Origin: Opitutaceae bacterium
GTDB taxonomy: Bacteria > Verrucomicrobiota > Verrucomicrobiia > Opitutales > Opitutaceae
Direction: 5' to 3'
Length of the DNA stretch: 64,000 nucleotides
NCBI GenBank assembly: GCA_028688225.1
Contig: JAQTYQ010000001.1
Span: 115,664 to 179,663 of the forward strand
The notes below the pieces were generated by a model. The model was not told where the DNA came from and did not search any database. It worked only from the letters and a program-made list of their open reading frames with translations. Positions within the stretch are counted from its first letter, which is position 1. Every line of letters begins with the position of its first letter. Of the stretch, positions 34,218-43,425 are shown piece after piece. The position numbers and the translations under genes are program-made.

Positions 34218-37159
34218 TGGAGCGATCCGTTAATAATCATCTCACAATACATTTTGTTAACGTAAGTTAAGGCGACGTCTTTGAAGTCACTGTGTAGCCA
34301 TTGCCCATCACTGGCACCAGAATGGCCTTCGGTAGGCCATGTATTTGCCTCTCGGCCGTCGGACTCCATGTCAAAATTACGTATACCTTGGCGCAGAAAT
34401 GGGTTGCTTGCTGTAGCGTAAGACAATGCCGGTATACCCCGCGCGAGCAGATCATATTGGACGAATTTCTGTTCGGCTTTCGTCGATGCCGCAGCAGGAT
34501 TGGCGCTGAAAAGATCCTCTTCGAGGAAATATCCGAAATACGGTTCATGTGTCAGATCCAAGGACGGGTTGTTCGGCGGGCCATAGTAGAGACTGAGGCC
34601 CCAACCGCCCTGCACCCTACTGAAGAAGATCACTCCTGCGGATTCGATTACATTGGCTCCCTTGGCGAACTCCTGCGTGACCCATGCACCGCGTGAGAGG
34701 TTGAACCCATTTTGAAGTATGATACCGAGAATGGAGGGATTGTCCCATTTTGGATTTTCGACAACATCGTCGCCGGGGGAATAGAAATTTTCGACTGAGA
34801 CGCTGCTTAGCACATCCTTGAACCTCTCCTTCCATTTCAATTCGGAGCGATGGTCGGAAGTGCCAGCAGGATTAGGTGGGCTGGGAAGCGTCGTGAACAA
34901 CTGATGCCAGTTAGCCGCGAAGAGTGCGGGCTCAAGCGATTTCCATTTGTGCTCCGTCATCGCCGTGCGCTGGTCGTTGGTCACGCTGCCGAGGTCGTAG
35001 GCTTCAAGCGGCACCGCCGCGTTGATCATGTAGTAGCGCGACGGGGCGAAGCCGCCATATTGGATCGCCTGACTCACGACCATGTTGCCAAGGCTGTGCG
35101 CGGCAACCGTGACATCCGTCCCTGCGGACAGGCCAAGTTGCTCCTGAAGCAGGTCGCCGGTCTGGAAAGCGTGGAAAACGGCCTTGTGATAGTCGAGTCC
35201 GGTCGAACCATACCACGAAACACCCACAAATCGCGCATGGCTGCCCAACTGGTGGAGGCGCTTGAACACTTCGGCCTGCCAGCCCCGGGCCTGCTCGGCG
35301 TCCACGTTGTAGCCGTGAACGAAGACAAAGTATTTTCCGTTGGTCGCCGTGTCCGGCAGCGGGTCACCCGGGTCGTCGATGCGTGTCGCCGGACCGACAT
35401 CTGAAGGCACATTCGCCGATTCATCATAGTTTTTCGCCAACGAGCGTAGATTCAAGTGCCGGAACATACCTTCGACGGGACTTATGCGCAGGGGGAGGCT
35501 CAGTTCAGCGATCGTCATGCCCTCCTTTTCCACCGCGAGTACCAGCGGTGCGGTGGTCGTCGCCCGACCCTCGACCAGCACGACGCCCCAGTCGTTGTCC
35601 TTTACGCCGTTCAGGAAGGAGGACGAGAGCTCATAGCCTTCGATCGTGATCTGATGGGTCACGGCATTGCCCGGCGCTTGGTCGAACTGATCGCCAAAGC
35701 CGGTCGTCAATAGTTCCTTCTGACAGGCCAGCGCCCGGTCGCGGGTAAGGTCAGTATAAACGAAGTTGAGCGCCCCATCGGCTTGCTTGAGTTTGTATTT
35801 GATGGAATCATCCGGCGGCAGCACCGTCAGAAGTGGCTTGATGTCCAGATAAACCGGGAAGAAATCCACCAAGTCACGGATGGAATCGACTACCGCGCTG
35901 TTGTAGTTGGCCGAGTTGGTATCCTGGCCCGGAATGTCGTCACCCTCTGCCGCATTTTGGTCATTGTCATCATTGATCCAGAAGCGGAAGGGGTACTCGG
36001 CGGAGGCCTGGTCGGAGGGGTCCTGGCTGACGGGCTTGATGGCGCCGTCGCGGTTGAGGTCGACAGCGAGCTGGGCGGCGAGCTCCAAGGGATAGGGCAC
36101 CAAGTGATATTGCCCGGGCTGCGCGCCGAAGCGATGCGGATTTCCCTCCTCAAAGGGATCGAGGTAATAAACCGGACTTTCGGTCGCATCGGCGGCGGCC
36201 TGCCAGACCATGAACCGATAGTCAGAGGGCTCGGCGGCCCCGGCGGGCGTAAATGTCTCCCACCAGGCAATAAGCCAGGCCGTGCCGGTGGGGTTGGTCA
36301 TCTTGTACGCCAGTTTGCTCGCGCTCGCTGCCTCGGGCGTGAAGGCATAATGAGCACCGGGATCGGAGAGCGGCACAAAATCGCCCGTGAAAATCCAAGG
36401 CCCGTTTTTAAGCGCGGTGTAGGCGCCCGCGGGAGTCAGAGGTGTGACTTCAGTTTTGTAGCCGCCGGCCGACCCCGTGTGCTCCACCGTGCCGATGGGA
36501 TGGTAGATGTACCGCTGCTCCTCGGCCGACCACGTACCGACCGAAAGATGGAAGGCCTGCGTCGCGCCGTCGTGCTCCTCGGTCCAATAATCAGCGATGC
36601 CGGGCAGAAAATAGACTCTGCTGGAGGCATTCCAGAAGAGGTAGAACATGGTATCGCTGGCGGTCAGTCGAAAGCGAGGCTCGTCCCAAAAGCTGGTGGA
36701 CCTCCACGGCCATCCGCCCCCCGGACGCCGTTGAAACATCGCCTTATACACGCCGCCCGGCCCCGACAAGGAAAAGGTCGAATCGGCCCTTTCCGCCTCC
36801 AAGGCGAAGTTTTCCTGCCCGGGTGCGGGGTTGCGGCGGGTAAAGGTGATCGTCTTGTAGAAACCCAACTGCGGGTTCTGATACGTCTCAGCCACGGTAA
36901 AGGTCGCGGTGAACGTGCCGGGGACGAACGTCCTGACGGCCGGCGCTTCGCGCCTTTGGCTGATCACCTGACCGAGGAAGCCCAACGGCAAGCCCGCCCG
37001 GGGCGGCAGATACTCCGGCTGCACGCTCACGCTCTGACCGGCCTCATCAGCCTCGATTTGGAGTGCTCCGCCCGTGACCGGCGGCGGCAACGCCTGGCCG
37101 CCGGAGGAGATCGTCAGCAGGACGGCAACACAGGAAACCAGATGCCAGTGAAAGCGCAT
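34214..37159 (-). CDS. Large secreted multidomain protein (981 aa) with a C-terminal DUF900-like alpha/beta hydrolase (lipase/esterase-type) domain
   Basis: Signal peptide at the N-terminus. The C-terminal FVFVHGYN...VTVAAHSLGN contains a GxSxG-type nucleophile elbow at Ser689 and resembles the DUF900 hydrolase family. The central acidic segment FRFWINDDNDQ...IRDLVDFFPVYL is unassigned. Confidence 0.8.
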   Translation of the reverse strand: MRFHWHLVSCVAVLLTISSGGQALPPPVTGGALQIEADEAGQSVSVQPEYLPPRAGLPLGFLGQVISQRREAPAVRTFVPGTFTATFTVAETYQNPQLGFYKTITFTRRNPAPGQENFALEAERADSTFSLSGPGGVYKAMFQRRPGGGWPWRSTSFWDEPRFRLTASDTMFYLFWNASSRVYFLPGIADYWTEEHDGATQAFHLSVGTWSAEEQRYIYHPIGTVEHTGSAGGYKTEVTPLTPAGAYTALKNGPWIFTGDFVPLSDPGAHYAFTPEAASASKLAYKMTNPTGTAWLIAWWETFTPAGAAEPSDYRFMVWQAAADATESPVYYLDPFEEGNPHRFGAQPGQYHLVPYPLELAAQLAVDLNRDGAIKPVSQDPSDQASAEYPFRFWINDDNDQNAAEGDDIPGQDTNSANYNSAVVDSIRDLVDFFPVYLDIKPLLTVLPPDDSIKYKLKQADGALNFVYTDLTRDRALACQKELLTTGFGDQFDQAPGNAVTHQITIEGYELSSSFLNGVKDNDWGVVLVEGRATTTAPLVLAVEKEGMTIAELSLPLRISPVEGMFRHLNLRSLAKNYDESANVPSDVGPATRIDDPGDPLPDTATNGKYFVFVHGYNVDAEQARGWQAEVFKRLHQLGSHARFVGVSWYGSTGLDYHKAVFHAFQTGDLLQEQLGLSAGTDVTVAAHSLGNMVVSQAIQYGGFAPSRYYMINAAVPLEAYDLGSVTNDQRTAMTEHKWKSLEPALFAANWHQLFTTLPSPPNPAGTSDHRSELKWKERFKDVLSSVSVENFYSPGDDVVENPKWDNPSILGIILQNGFNLSRGAWVTQEFAKGANVIESAGVIFFSRVQGGWGLSLYYGPPNNPSLDLTHEPYFGYFLEEDLFSANPAAASTKAEQKFVQYDLLARGIPALSYATASNPFLRQGIRNFDMESDGREANTWPTEGHSGASDGQWLHSDFKDVALTYVNKMYCEMIINGSLQ

Positions 37160-37181
37160 GGTCGTTGAATTCGGGGAACGA

Positions 37182-37622
37182 TTAGGTGGGCGGCGGCTCT
37201 TCTCCGCCGTCGCCTCCGCTTTCCGGTTGCGGGGTCAGATAAATCTCTGCCAAGCCGAGGGCGTTCGTGTGGACCGTCAGCTCGTTGGACGTGCTTTCGC
37301 CTTCGCCCACCAGCAGGTTGCCGGGGGAGGCCGTGCGGACGGTGACCGGCTTGTTGGCCAGCGGCGTGCCGTCGCGGTATCCCACCCAGAGGAGGAATCT
37401 CCCGCCCGGCAGCAATTCCCGCTGGGGTCCCAGCAGCGAGAGAATGACCAGCTTGTTGCCGGCGGCGCCCGGCCCAAAAGCAACCGAAACCTGCTTTTGC
37501 ACCGCAGGGCTTTCCACCCGCCAGACCGCAGTTTCACCCCAGGCCGGCTGCCGCAGCAGAAAGAGGGCTCCGATCCCTATCCAAAGACCGAAACGGGAAG
37601 TGACACGCTTCACAGAGTTCAT
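37182..37622 (-). CDS. Small secreted protein (146 aa) with an Ig-like (Big_1/invasin-type) domain
   Basis: Starts at the ATG at 37622 (MNSVKRVTSRFGLWIGIGALFLL, signal-like). GTPLANKPVTVRTASPGNLL...TVHTNALGLAEIYLT resembles bacterial Ig group 1 domains. Confidence 0.6.
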   Translation of the reverse strand: MNSVKRVTSRFGLWIGIGALFLLRQPAWGETAVWRVESPAVQKQVSVAFGPGAAGNKLVILSLLGPQRELLPGGRFLLWVGYRDGTPLANKPVTVRTASPGNLLVGEGESTSNELTVHTNALGLAEIYLTPQPESGGDGGEEPPPT

Positions 37623-37635
37623 GGCAAAACAGGGG

Positions 37636-40431
37636 TCATGGAGCCCGAACATACGCCCGGGCGATTCCGTCCGGCCCGGTGCGCACCTGCGCCGAGCGGC
37701 CGGCCGCCAGCCCGTCCGGCGTGAGTGCAATCATCTTGTCGCCGTCGGTGATTTCCAGGGTCACCGGCGCATTAATGAGCGACGTACCGTCCCGGGTCAT
37801 GACCCGCACCGCCAACAGGCCGTTCGGCCCCAACTCGGCGTCATCGAAAAGCGGCACCAGCTCGGGGACCACGCCATTGTAGTAATCTTTCGGGTCTGTG
37901 CCGCGCTGGTGTTCCTCGGCATTGCTCAGTCCGTCTCCATCGGGATCAAGCGATTGGTCGGCAGCCAGCGGATCCAACCCGGCGTGGACTTCATAATCGT
38001 CGGGCAGCCCGTCGCCATCCGTGTCGGTCTGCTCTGGATTGGTGCCAGCCTGAGCCTCCTGCGCCGCGGACAAACCGTCGCCATCGGCATCCGCGTTCAG
38101 GTAGTCAAGCTGTTCGCCGACACGCGGGTCGGTGCCGTGCGCCAGCTCCCAGGCGTTGGGCAGACCGTCGCCATCCAGGTCGGCCGTCTCGCCCGCCTCC
38201 GCCGTGTTGGGATCAGTGCCCAGTTGCAGCTCCTGCGCGAGCGTCAAGCTGTCGCCGTCTGCATCCGAATCCAGGTGGGACGCGGGCTCGGGCTGCAACG
38301 GGTTTATGCCCAATGCCACCTCCACTCCATCCATGAAACCGTCTCCATCGGTGTCCATCTGGTTCGGATTAGTGCCGGCGGCGTACTCCTGGAGATCGCT
38401 CAAACCGTCGTGGTCGGCATCGGCGTCCGCCGTCGCTGCCTGGAGGGGGTCGAGCTGATACGTGATCTCCCAGCCGTCGGGCAACGCATCGCCATCGCTG
38501 TCGGCGAGGTTGGGCTGGGTGCCGAGCAGCCACTCGCGGAGGTTGCTCAGCCCGTCGCCATCGAGGTCGCCGTCCCGGTCGTTGACCGCGGGATCGAGGC
38601 CGTGGGCGCTCTCCCAGGCGTCGTCCAGGCCGTCCTGGTCGGCGTCGGCGAAAAGGGGGTTCTCCGTCGCCGCGCACAGGTAATCTAGTCGGGTGGCCGC
38701 CGCGGCGTGGCCTTGGACGGCAAACGCGGTGAGCGCCGTGCGCGTGCGATCGCGGAAGGCAAGGTCAGCCGCCACCAGCGCGCCGTTGGCGGAGAGGTCC
38801 CAAGTCTGGTGGACAAAATCCAGCCGCAGCGTGAGCCGGATCCAGTGCTGCGCCTGGCCGTCGCGGCCCAGCGGCGCCACAAAGCCCGTGGCCTGCCACT
38901 GGCCCCCACCCTGCCCGTCGCCGTTGAACGCCCATAACTCACCGCCCGGGCCCGTGCGCACCAGGACCGTGCGCGAGCTTTCCACCTCGAACGTGGTGGC
39001 GGCGCTGAGGTCCGCGTCCGCCACGGGCTTGGCGAAGAAATCGACAAAGACAATCTCCTGCCCAGCGAGCGGCGCGAAGGTCTGGGCGATTTTCGCCAGC
39101 GGCGTGCCCGGCGACAGCACCACCGAGTGCGCGCCGGAGAAGGCTGCTTCGGCGGTGACGCCGGCGTCACCCTGGTCGACGTTCCAGCCCAGTTGCTCAT
39201 TGAGAGGACCTGCGGTGTAGCCTTCCGATGCCTCGAAATCGGCCGTGTACGGCAGGCTGGCCAGCACACTCACCGGCACTGGCGCAGAATCCGTGGTGGC
39301 GCCACCATCATCCGTGGCGCGGGCCAGCAGGGTGTGGGCGCCCGCTTGAGTGAAAGTGAAGGTGAACGTGAAAGTGCCCGGCTGGCCGGCAACCGGGGTG
39401 CCGAGGCCGAGGCTGGTGGCGCCGTCGAAAAACTCGACCTGGGTGATCGTGCTGTCGGCGTCCGTCGCTGTGGCGACGAGGGTGACGGCCGTGTAGGCGG
39501 CCCATGTGGTCCCGGCTGTAGGTGTGGTGAGCGCGACCTGCGGCGGCTGGTTGGCCGTAATCAAGCGCAAGAGGCTGTTGCCGTTGAGCGTGAGCCGGTC
39601 GCAAACAAGGCCCCCGATCAGCTGGCTGCTGCCATTGATGACCACGATGCCGCCGGGGGCCGTGACGTAACCGTAAAGCGCAACCCGGCCATTGAGGGTC
39701 AGGCCGCCGGAGGCGAGTTGAAGCGTGAGCCATCCGGGATTGGCGGCGGCGCCCGTGTGCCCGTTGAGGACCATGCCCCGGGCGAGGGTCACGATCACCG
39801 GCCCGGCCACGTGCAAGGCCGTGTTCCCATTGAGCGTGAGCCGCTGGAAGGCGTAGCGGGCGGGCTGCGTCGCGCCGGCGACGCCGAGGGTGAAGCTGCT
39901 GTGGCCGTTGGCCGTGAAATCGCCATACGTGCCCGGCGGCACGGCGATCGGGCCCACGTTGCCGTTGAGCGTGAGATGGCGGATCGTGGTAAAATCGCCG
40001 GGGCTCTGGCTGGCGTTGCTCAGCGTGACGTTGCGCGTGCCGCTCGGCGCGGGCGGCGGGTCGACCACCGGCAGCGTCACCGGATCGGTGCGCCGGATCA
40101 CATGCCGCAGAGAACAGGTGCCGTTGAGGGTGATCGGGTAGCCGGCGGGCGCTGCCGCCCCGAGGCCATCCTGCGTGCCGCCGTAGATGGGATGGCCATT
40201 GAGCCGCACGGTCGGCGTGCCCGGCACCAGCAGATCGCCCGTCACGACCGCGTTGCCGTTGAGCACGACCGCTTCCGCCGTCAGCACCTGCACCGAGCCC
40301 TCCACCCGGCCGTTCAACGTCGGCGCATGCCGAATCAGAGTCCGGCTCTCACCTTCCCCGCCCACTGAATTCAGCGGCAGCGTCAGCACAGTCGCCGCCA
40401 TGACCCAAATAAGTGACGGCACGGTTTTCAT
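37636..40431 (-). CDS. Large secreted protein (931 aa): LTLNG-repeat beta-helix-like N-domain, Ig-like domain, LamG/ConA-like domain, about 10 TSP3-type calcium-binding repeats, C-terminal Ig-like domain
   Basis: Signal peptide, then iterated (L)TLNG(N) motifs over residues about 55-290. An Ig-like module follows (PPQVALTTP...ATDADSTITQVEFFDG). The segment YTADFEASEGY...WIRLTLRLDF is lectin-like. The DxDxDGLxxxxE repeats lie at residues about 595-848. Confidence 0.85.
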   Translation of the reverse strand: MKTVPSLIWVMAATVLTLPLNSVGGEGESRTLIRHAPTLNGRVEGSVQVLTAEAVVLNGNAVVTGDLLVPGTPTVRLNGHPIYGGTQDGLGAAAPAGYPITLNGTCSLRHVIRRTDPVTLPVVDPPPAPSGTRNVTLSNASQSPGDFTTIRHLTLNGNVGPIAVPPGTYGDFTANGHSSFTLGVAGATQPARYAFQRLTLNGNTALHVAGPVIVTLARGMVLNGHTGAAANPGWLTLQLASGGLTLNGRVALYGYVTAPGGIVVINGSSQLIGGLVCDRLTLNGNSLLRLITANQPPQVALTTPTAGTTWAAYTAVTLVATATDADSTITQVEFFDGATSLGLGTPVAGQPGTFTFTFTFTQAGAHTLLARATDDGGATTDSAPVPVSVLASLPYTADFEASEGYTAGPLNEQLGWNVDQGDAGVTAEAAFSGAHSVVLSPGTPLAKIAQTFAPLAGQEIVFVDFFAKPVADADLSAATTFEVESSRTVLVRTGPGGELWAFNGDGQGGGQWQATGFVAPLGRDGQAQHWIRLTLRLDFVHQTWDLSANGALVAADLAFRDRTRTALTAFAVQGHAAAATRLDYLCAATENPLFADADQDGLDDAWESAHGLDPAVNDRDGDLDGDGLSNLREWLLGTQPNLADSDGDALPDGWEITYQLDPLQAATADADADHDGLSDLQEYAAGTNPNQMDTDGDGFMDGVEVALGINPLQPEPASHLDSDADGDSLTLAQELQLGTDPNTAEAGETADLDGDGLPNAWELAHGTDPRVGEQLDYLNADADGDGLSAAQEAQAGTNPEQTDTDGDGLPDDYEVHAGLDPLAADQSLDPDGDGLSNAEEHQRGTDPKDYYNGVVPELVPLFDDAELGPNGLLAVRVMTRDGTSLINAPVTLEITDGDKMIALTPDGLAAGRSAQVRTGPDGIARAYVRAP
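37888..38649 (-). repeat. Coding tandem array of about 10 thrombospondin-type-3-like DxDxDG(L) calcium-binding repeats
   Basis: The repeats I read are DADQDGLDD, DLDGDGLSN, DSDGDALPD, DADHDGLSD, DTDGDGFMD, DADGDSLT, DLDGDGLPN, DADGDGLSA, DTDGDGLPD and DPDGDGLSN. Each is followed by an xxE/W...G(T/L)(D/N)P segment. Confidence 0.75.
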
Positions 40432-40499
40432 TCTTAATGAAGGCGGTTGAGGCCGGCTGCTTTAGTGCCCGTTGGGCGCACGGCTGATTTCCTAATTTT

Positions 40500-40529
40500 A
40501 TTATTTTATCTTACAAGACATTTATTCAA
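40500..40529 (-). promoter_or_regulatory. Candidate promoter in the AT-rich tract upstream of the four-gene secreted operon
   Basis: The minus strand reads TTGAAT-N18-AATAAT inside a conspicuous AT-rich stretch (40490-40555), about 70 nt upstream of the ATG at 40431. Confidence 0.3.
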
Positions 40530-40799
40530 GAAGCGCTGTTTTCCATAATTCGATCCGGGTCCGCGAAGCCCACGCTCTTGGTGCCGACCGCTGTCACGCC
40601 GCCGTTTCATTCCGCCTATGTCCCGATCTTCGGCATGACCATCGGCGGGAAAGGACGCCACGACGCCTGTCAAACCGCGCCGCGCTCCGTGGCCGCCGCC
40701 TTTTGCCTTGTCGCCGGCGGCAGGAAACGTATTGGTCGACCACAGGCCGCCGACCAGACCCTACCCCAAACAACCCCGGTCGGCCCGGCCCCCTACCCT

Positions 40800-41252
40800 A
40801 TGTACAACAACCTGCTAGCCGGCTCCATGCTTGCCGTGTCCCTCGCGTTTGTCGCCGTTGGACTCGTTGTCGCGATTCTGTTCCTGCTCTCCCTGCAGAA
40901 ATGCCTGAACCGGGTGGCCCCCGCCAACCGCACCATGAGCCCCGGCCTGGTGTGGCTGAACCTCGTCCCGCTGCTGAACCTGGGCTGGGTCTTCTACACC
41001 GTGATCCAGGTCGCGGCTTCGGTGGTCAAGGAAGGCCAGGCGCGCAACCTCGACGTCGCCGACGGCGGCAAGACCCTCGGGCTGACCTACGGCATCCTCA
41101 TGTTGTGCAGCTTCATCCCGCTCCTGGGCATTCTGTGCGGCCTTGGATCCCTCGTGTGCTGGATCATGTACTGGGTAAAGATCGCCGGGATTTCGACCAA
41201 GCTCGCAGCCCCGGCCGCCGCGGCTCCTGCGCCGGCCGCTCCCGCCGCCTGA
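40800..41252 (+). CDS. Hypothetical polytopic membrane protein (150 aa) with an Ala/Pro-rich tail
   Basis: ATG at 40800 (MYNNLLAGSMLAVSLAFVAVGLVVAILFLL). 3-4 hydrophobic helices. The track ORF starts further upstream at 40578. Confidence 0.6.
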   Translation: MYNNLLAGSMLAVSLAFVAVGLVVAILFLLSLQKCLNRVAPANRTMSPGLVWLNLVPLLNLGWVFYTVIQVAASVVKEGQARNLDVADGGKTLGLTYGILMLCSFIPLLGILCGLGSLVCWIMYWVKIAGISTKLAAPAAAAPAPAAPAA

Positions 41253-41319
41253 CCGCGGCAGTCCGTTTGATCGCCGCCGCCGGGTGGAGTCAGCTTCGCC
41301 CGGCGGCAAGCTGACAATT

Positions 41320-43380
41320 TCACGGGGGCGACCCCGCAGAAGTCGCGGTGGCCGCCGGCGGGGTGGGCTGCAGGTATTTGGCGAGGAAGGCCTCAATGCG
41401 GGTGTATAGCTCCACCTGATTACCCAGACGCAGCATGCCGTGGCCTTCTTCTCTTACCAACATCACCTCGTGCGGGATCTGGTACTTCTTCAGCTCGGAG
41501 ATCAGCCCGCGCGATTCCGCGACGTCGGCCACCGGGTCGTCCTTCCCGTGGGCGACAAAGATCGGGATCTTAACCTGGTCGATGTGCCGCAGCGGCGAGA
41601 TGGCGTCGAATTTCTCCCGTTGCTTCTTGGGGTCGCCCAGCCAGCGTTTAAAGGTGGAGTATCGGATATTGTCGAACTGGTAGTATTTGTCCTCCTGCAG
41701 GACCTGCGCCCAATCGAAGATCCCGGCGATCGTCACGGCACAGCGGTAAAAGTCCGGCTCAAAGGCCGCGCCTGAGATCGCCAGGTAGCCGCCAAAAGAT
41801 CCGCCCATGATGGCCACGCGCTGCGGGTCGATCAAGCCCGACGCCAGCAGGGTCTTCGTGGCGTCGGTCACGTCATTGTGCATGCTCCGGAAGTCCCATT
41901 CATCCTCGATCTTGAACGACCAGCCGTACCCCGGGGAGCCGCGGTAGTTGGGCTGCATCACCGCGTAGCCCCGGCTGGCCAGAAACTGGGCTTCGCCGTC
42001 GTAGCCCCAGTAATCGCGCACCCACGGTCCGCCGTGCGGCAGCACCACCAGCGGGGCGGGATGCTGCTTCGAAGCCCCGACCGGCAGGGTGACATAAGCA
42101 TCGAGCTGATGGCCGTCGCGCGTCTTGAATGGCATGATGTTCATCGGCTGCATCCGTGCGGGATCGATCCAGGGGGCGGTGCACTTGATCGGCCCTAGCA
42201 TGCGCTTCTCCAGATCCAGCCAGTAATAGGTCGTCGGTTGGCGATCGGAAAAGGCGCTGACGAGAAACCGCCGCTGGGCTGCGTCACTGTCGATGATGTG
42301 CACGACCAAGCCGGGCAAGTAGCCCTCCACGATTTTTTGGATGGCCCGGTATTCCTCGGAAAACCAGACCATCTGCGGTCCGCCACGGTAATAGGCAACT
42401 CCCAGGATATTGTGCGAGACAGGATGCCGGTACAGCCAGCCGGTAAAATCGCGATCTTTCCCTTGCAGCAAAATGTCCCCTAACTGTCCGGTCGCGGCAT
42501 CCATGAATTGCAGTGCCCGGGGTTTGCCTGCCACACGCGGAGCCAGCACCACCAGCTCGCCGGGTTTTTCTCCATACGCGAAGATGTCGACCTGGTCGAG
42601 ATTCACCGGACATTTTGACCAGCGGCCATCGGCAAAGCGGTGCAGGGTTTTCTGCCCGTCCTTGCTGGTGATGCCAAACGCCAGTTCGCCATCTTTGTCT
42701 GGCAGGTAGCCGATCACCATGCCGCCCTCCGGGGCCGGATAGCTTTTCAACACATGCCTCTGATTATTCTCTCCGATCGTCGCCCAAGTTTGGGCATCCA
42801 AGGTCACCCACCCCAAACGAACGACTTCGCCTTTATCCAGCAGGGCGTCGAGTTGCACGACCCCGCCATCGCGGCCATCATCAAACGCATCCTGTCGAAT
42901 CCAGACCAATGGCTTCTGCGGGCTTTTCTTGGGTACAGCCAACACGTAAACCGCGTCGGCCTGCAATACCGGATAGCATCGATCAAGCCGGTCGATATCG
43001 GCGACCAGAACGCCCTCCGCGTACCTCTTTTCCATGGTTAAGCTGAAAATCAACCGCTTGTCGTCGAGCCAGTAGAAACCGCGGATATCGCGATCAAATG
43101 TTCCCGCCAGTCGCTCGAATTTGGCCTTCTCCAAGTCATAAACCATCAATTCAGAATGACCAGAGCCGGCTGAAACCAAGGCGGCAAAATGCGTACCGGC
43201 TTGGTTTAGCACCGGATAGCGCAACATCGATGGACGAAAAAAATCCGCCACCGGAATCGGTTCGTTGGCCGGCACGGGCTTGACCCGGTCCAGATCCAGC
43301 TTGTCCGCGGCAGCCAACCCGCCGGCGGCGGCCAACAGGACATAGACACACAAAGACAGTTTGCTCTTGAGCGAGGTCAT
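41320..43380 (-). CDS. S9-family serine peptidase (prolyl oligopeptidase / dipeptidyl peptidase type) with an N-terminal propeller
   Basis: Signal peptide. Catalytic elbow GGSFGGYLA. Later HGKDDPV and EEGHGM fit the Ser-Asp-His order of S9 peptidases. Confidence 0.9.
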   Translation of the reverse strand: MTSLKSKLSLCVYVLLAAAGGLAAADKLDLDRVKPVPANEPIPVADFFRPSMLRYPVLNQAGTHFAALVSAGSGHSELMVYDLEKAKFERLAGTFDRDIRGFYWLDDKRLIFSLTMEKRYAEGVLVADIDRLDRCYPVLQADAVYVLAVPKKSPQKPLVWIRQDAFDDGRDGGVVQLDALLDKGEVVRLGWVTLDAQTWATIGENNQRHVLKSYPAPEGGMVIGYLPDKDGELAFGITSKDGQKTLHRFADGRWSKCPVNLDQVDIFAYGEKPGELVVLAPRVAGKPRALQFMDAATGQLGDILLQGKDRDFTGWLYRHPVSHNILGVAYYRGGPQMVWFSEEYRAIQKIVEGYLPGLVVHIIDSDAAQRRFLVSAFSDRQPTTYYWLDLEKRMLGPIKCTAPWIDPARMQPMNIMPFKTRDGHQLDAYVTLPVGASKQHPAPLVVLPHGGPWVRDYWGYDGEAQFLASRGYAVMQPNYRGSPGYGWSFKIEDEWDFRSMHNDVTDATKTLLASGLIDPQRVAIMGGSFGGYLAISGAAFEPDFYRCAVTIAGIFDWAQVLQEDKYYQFDNIRYSTFKRWLGDPKKQREKFDAISPLRHIDQVKIPIFVAHGKDDPVADVAESRGLISELKKYQIPHEVMLVREEGHGMLRLGNQVELYTRIEAFLAKYLQPTPPAATATSAGSPP

Positions 43381-43425
43381 GGTGTTTTCGGGGCGACGAA
43401 CGGAAGAGCTACTGGAAAAAGACGA

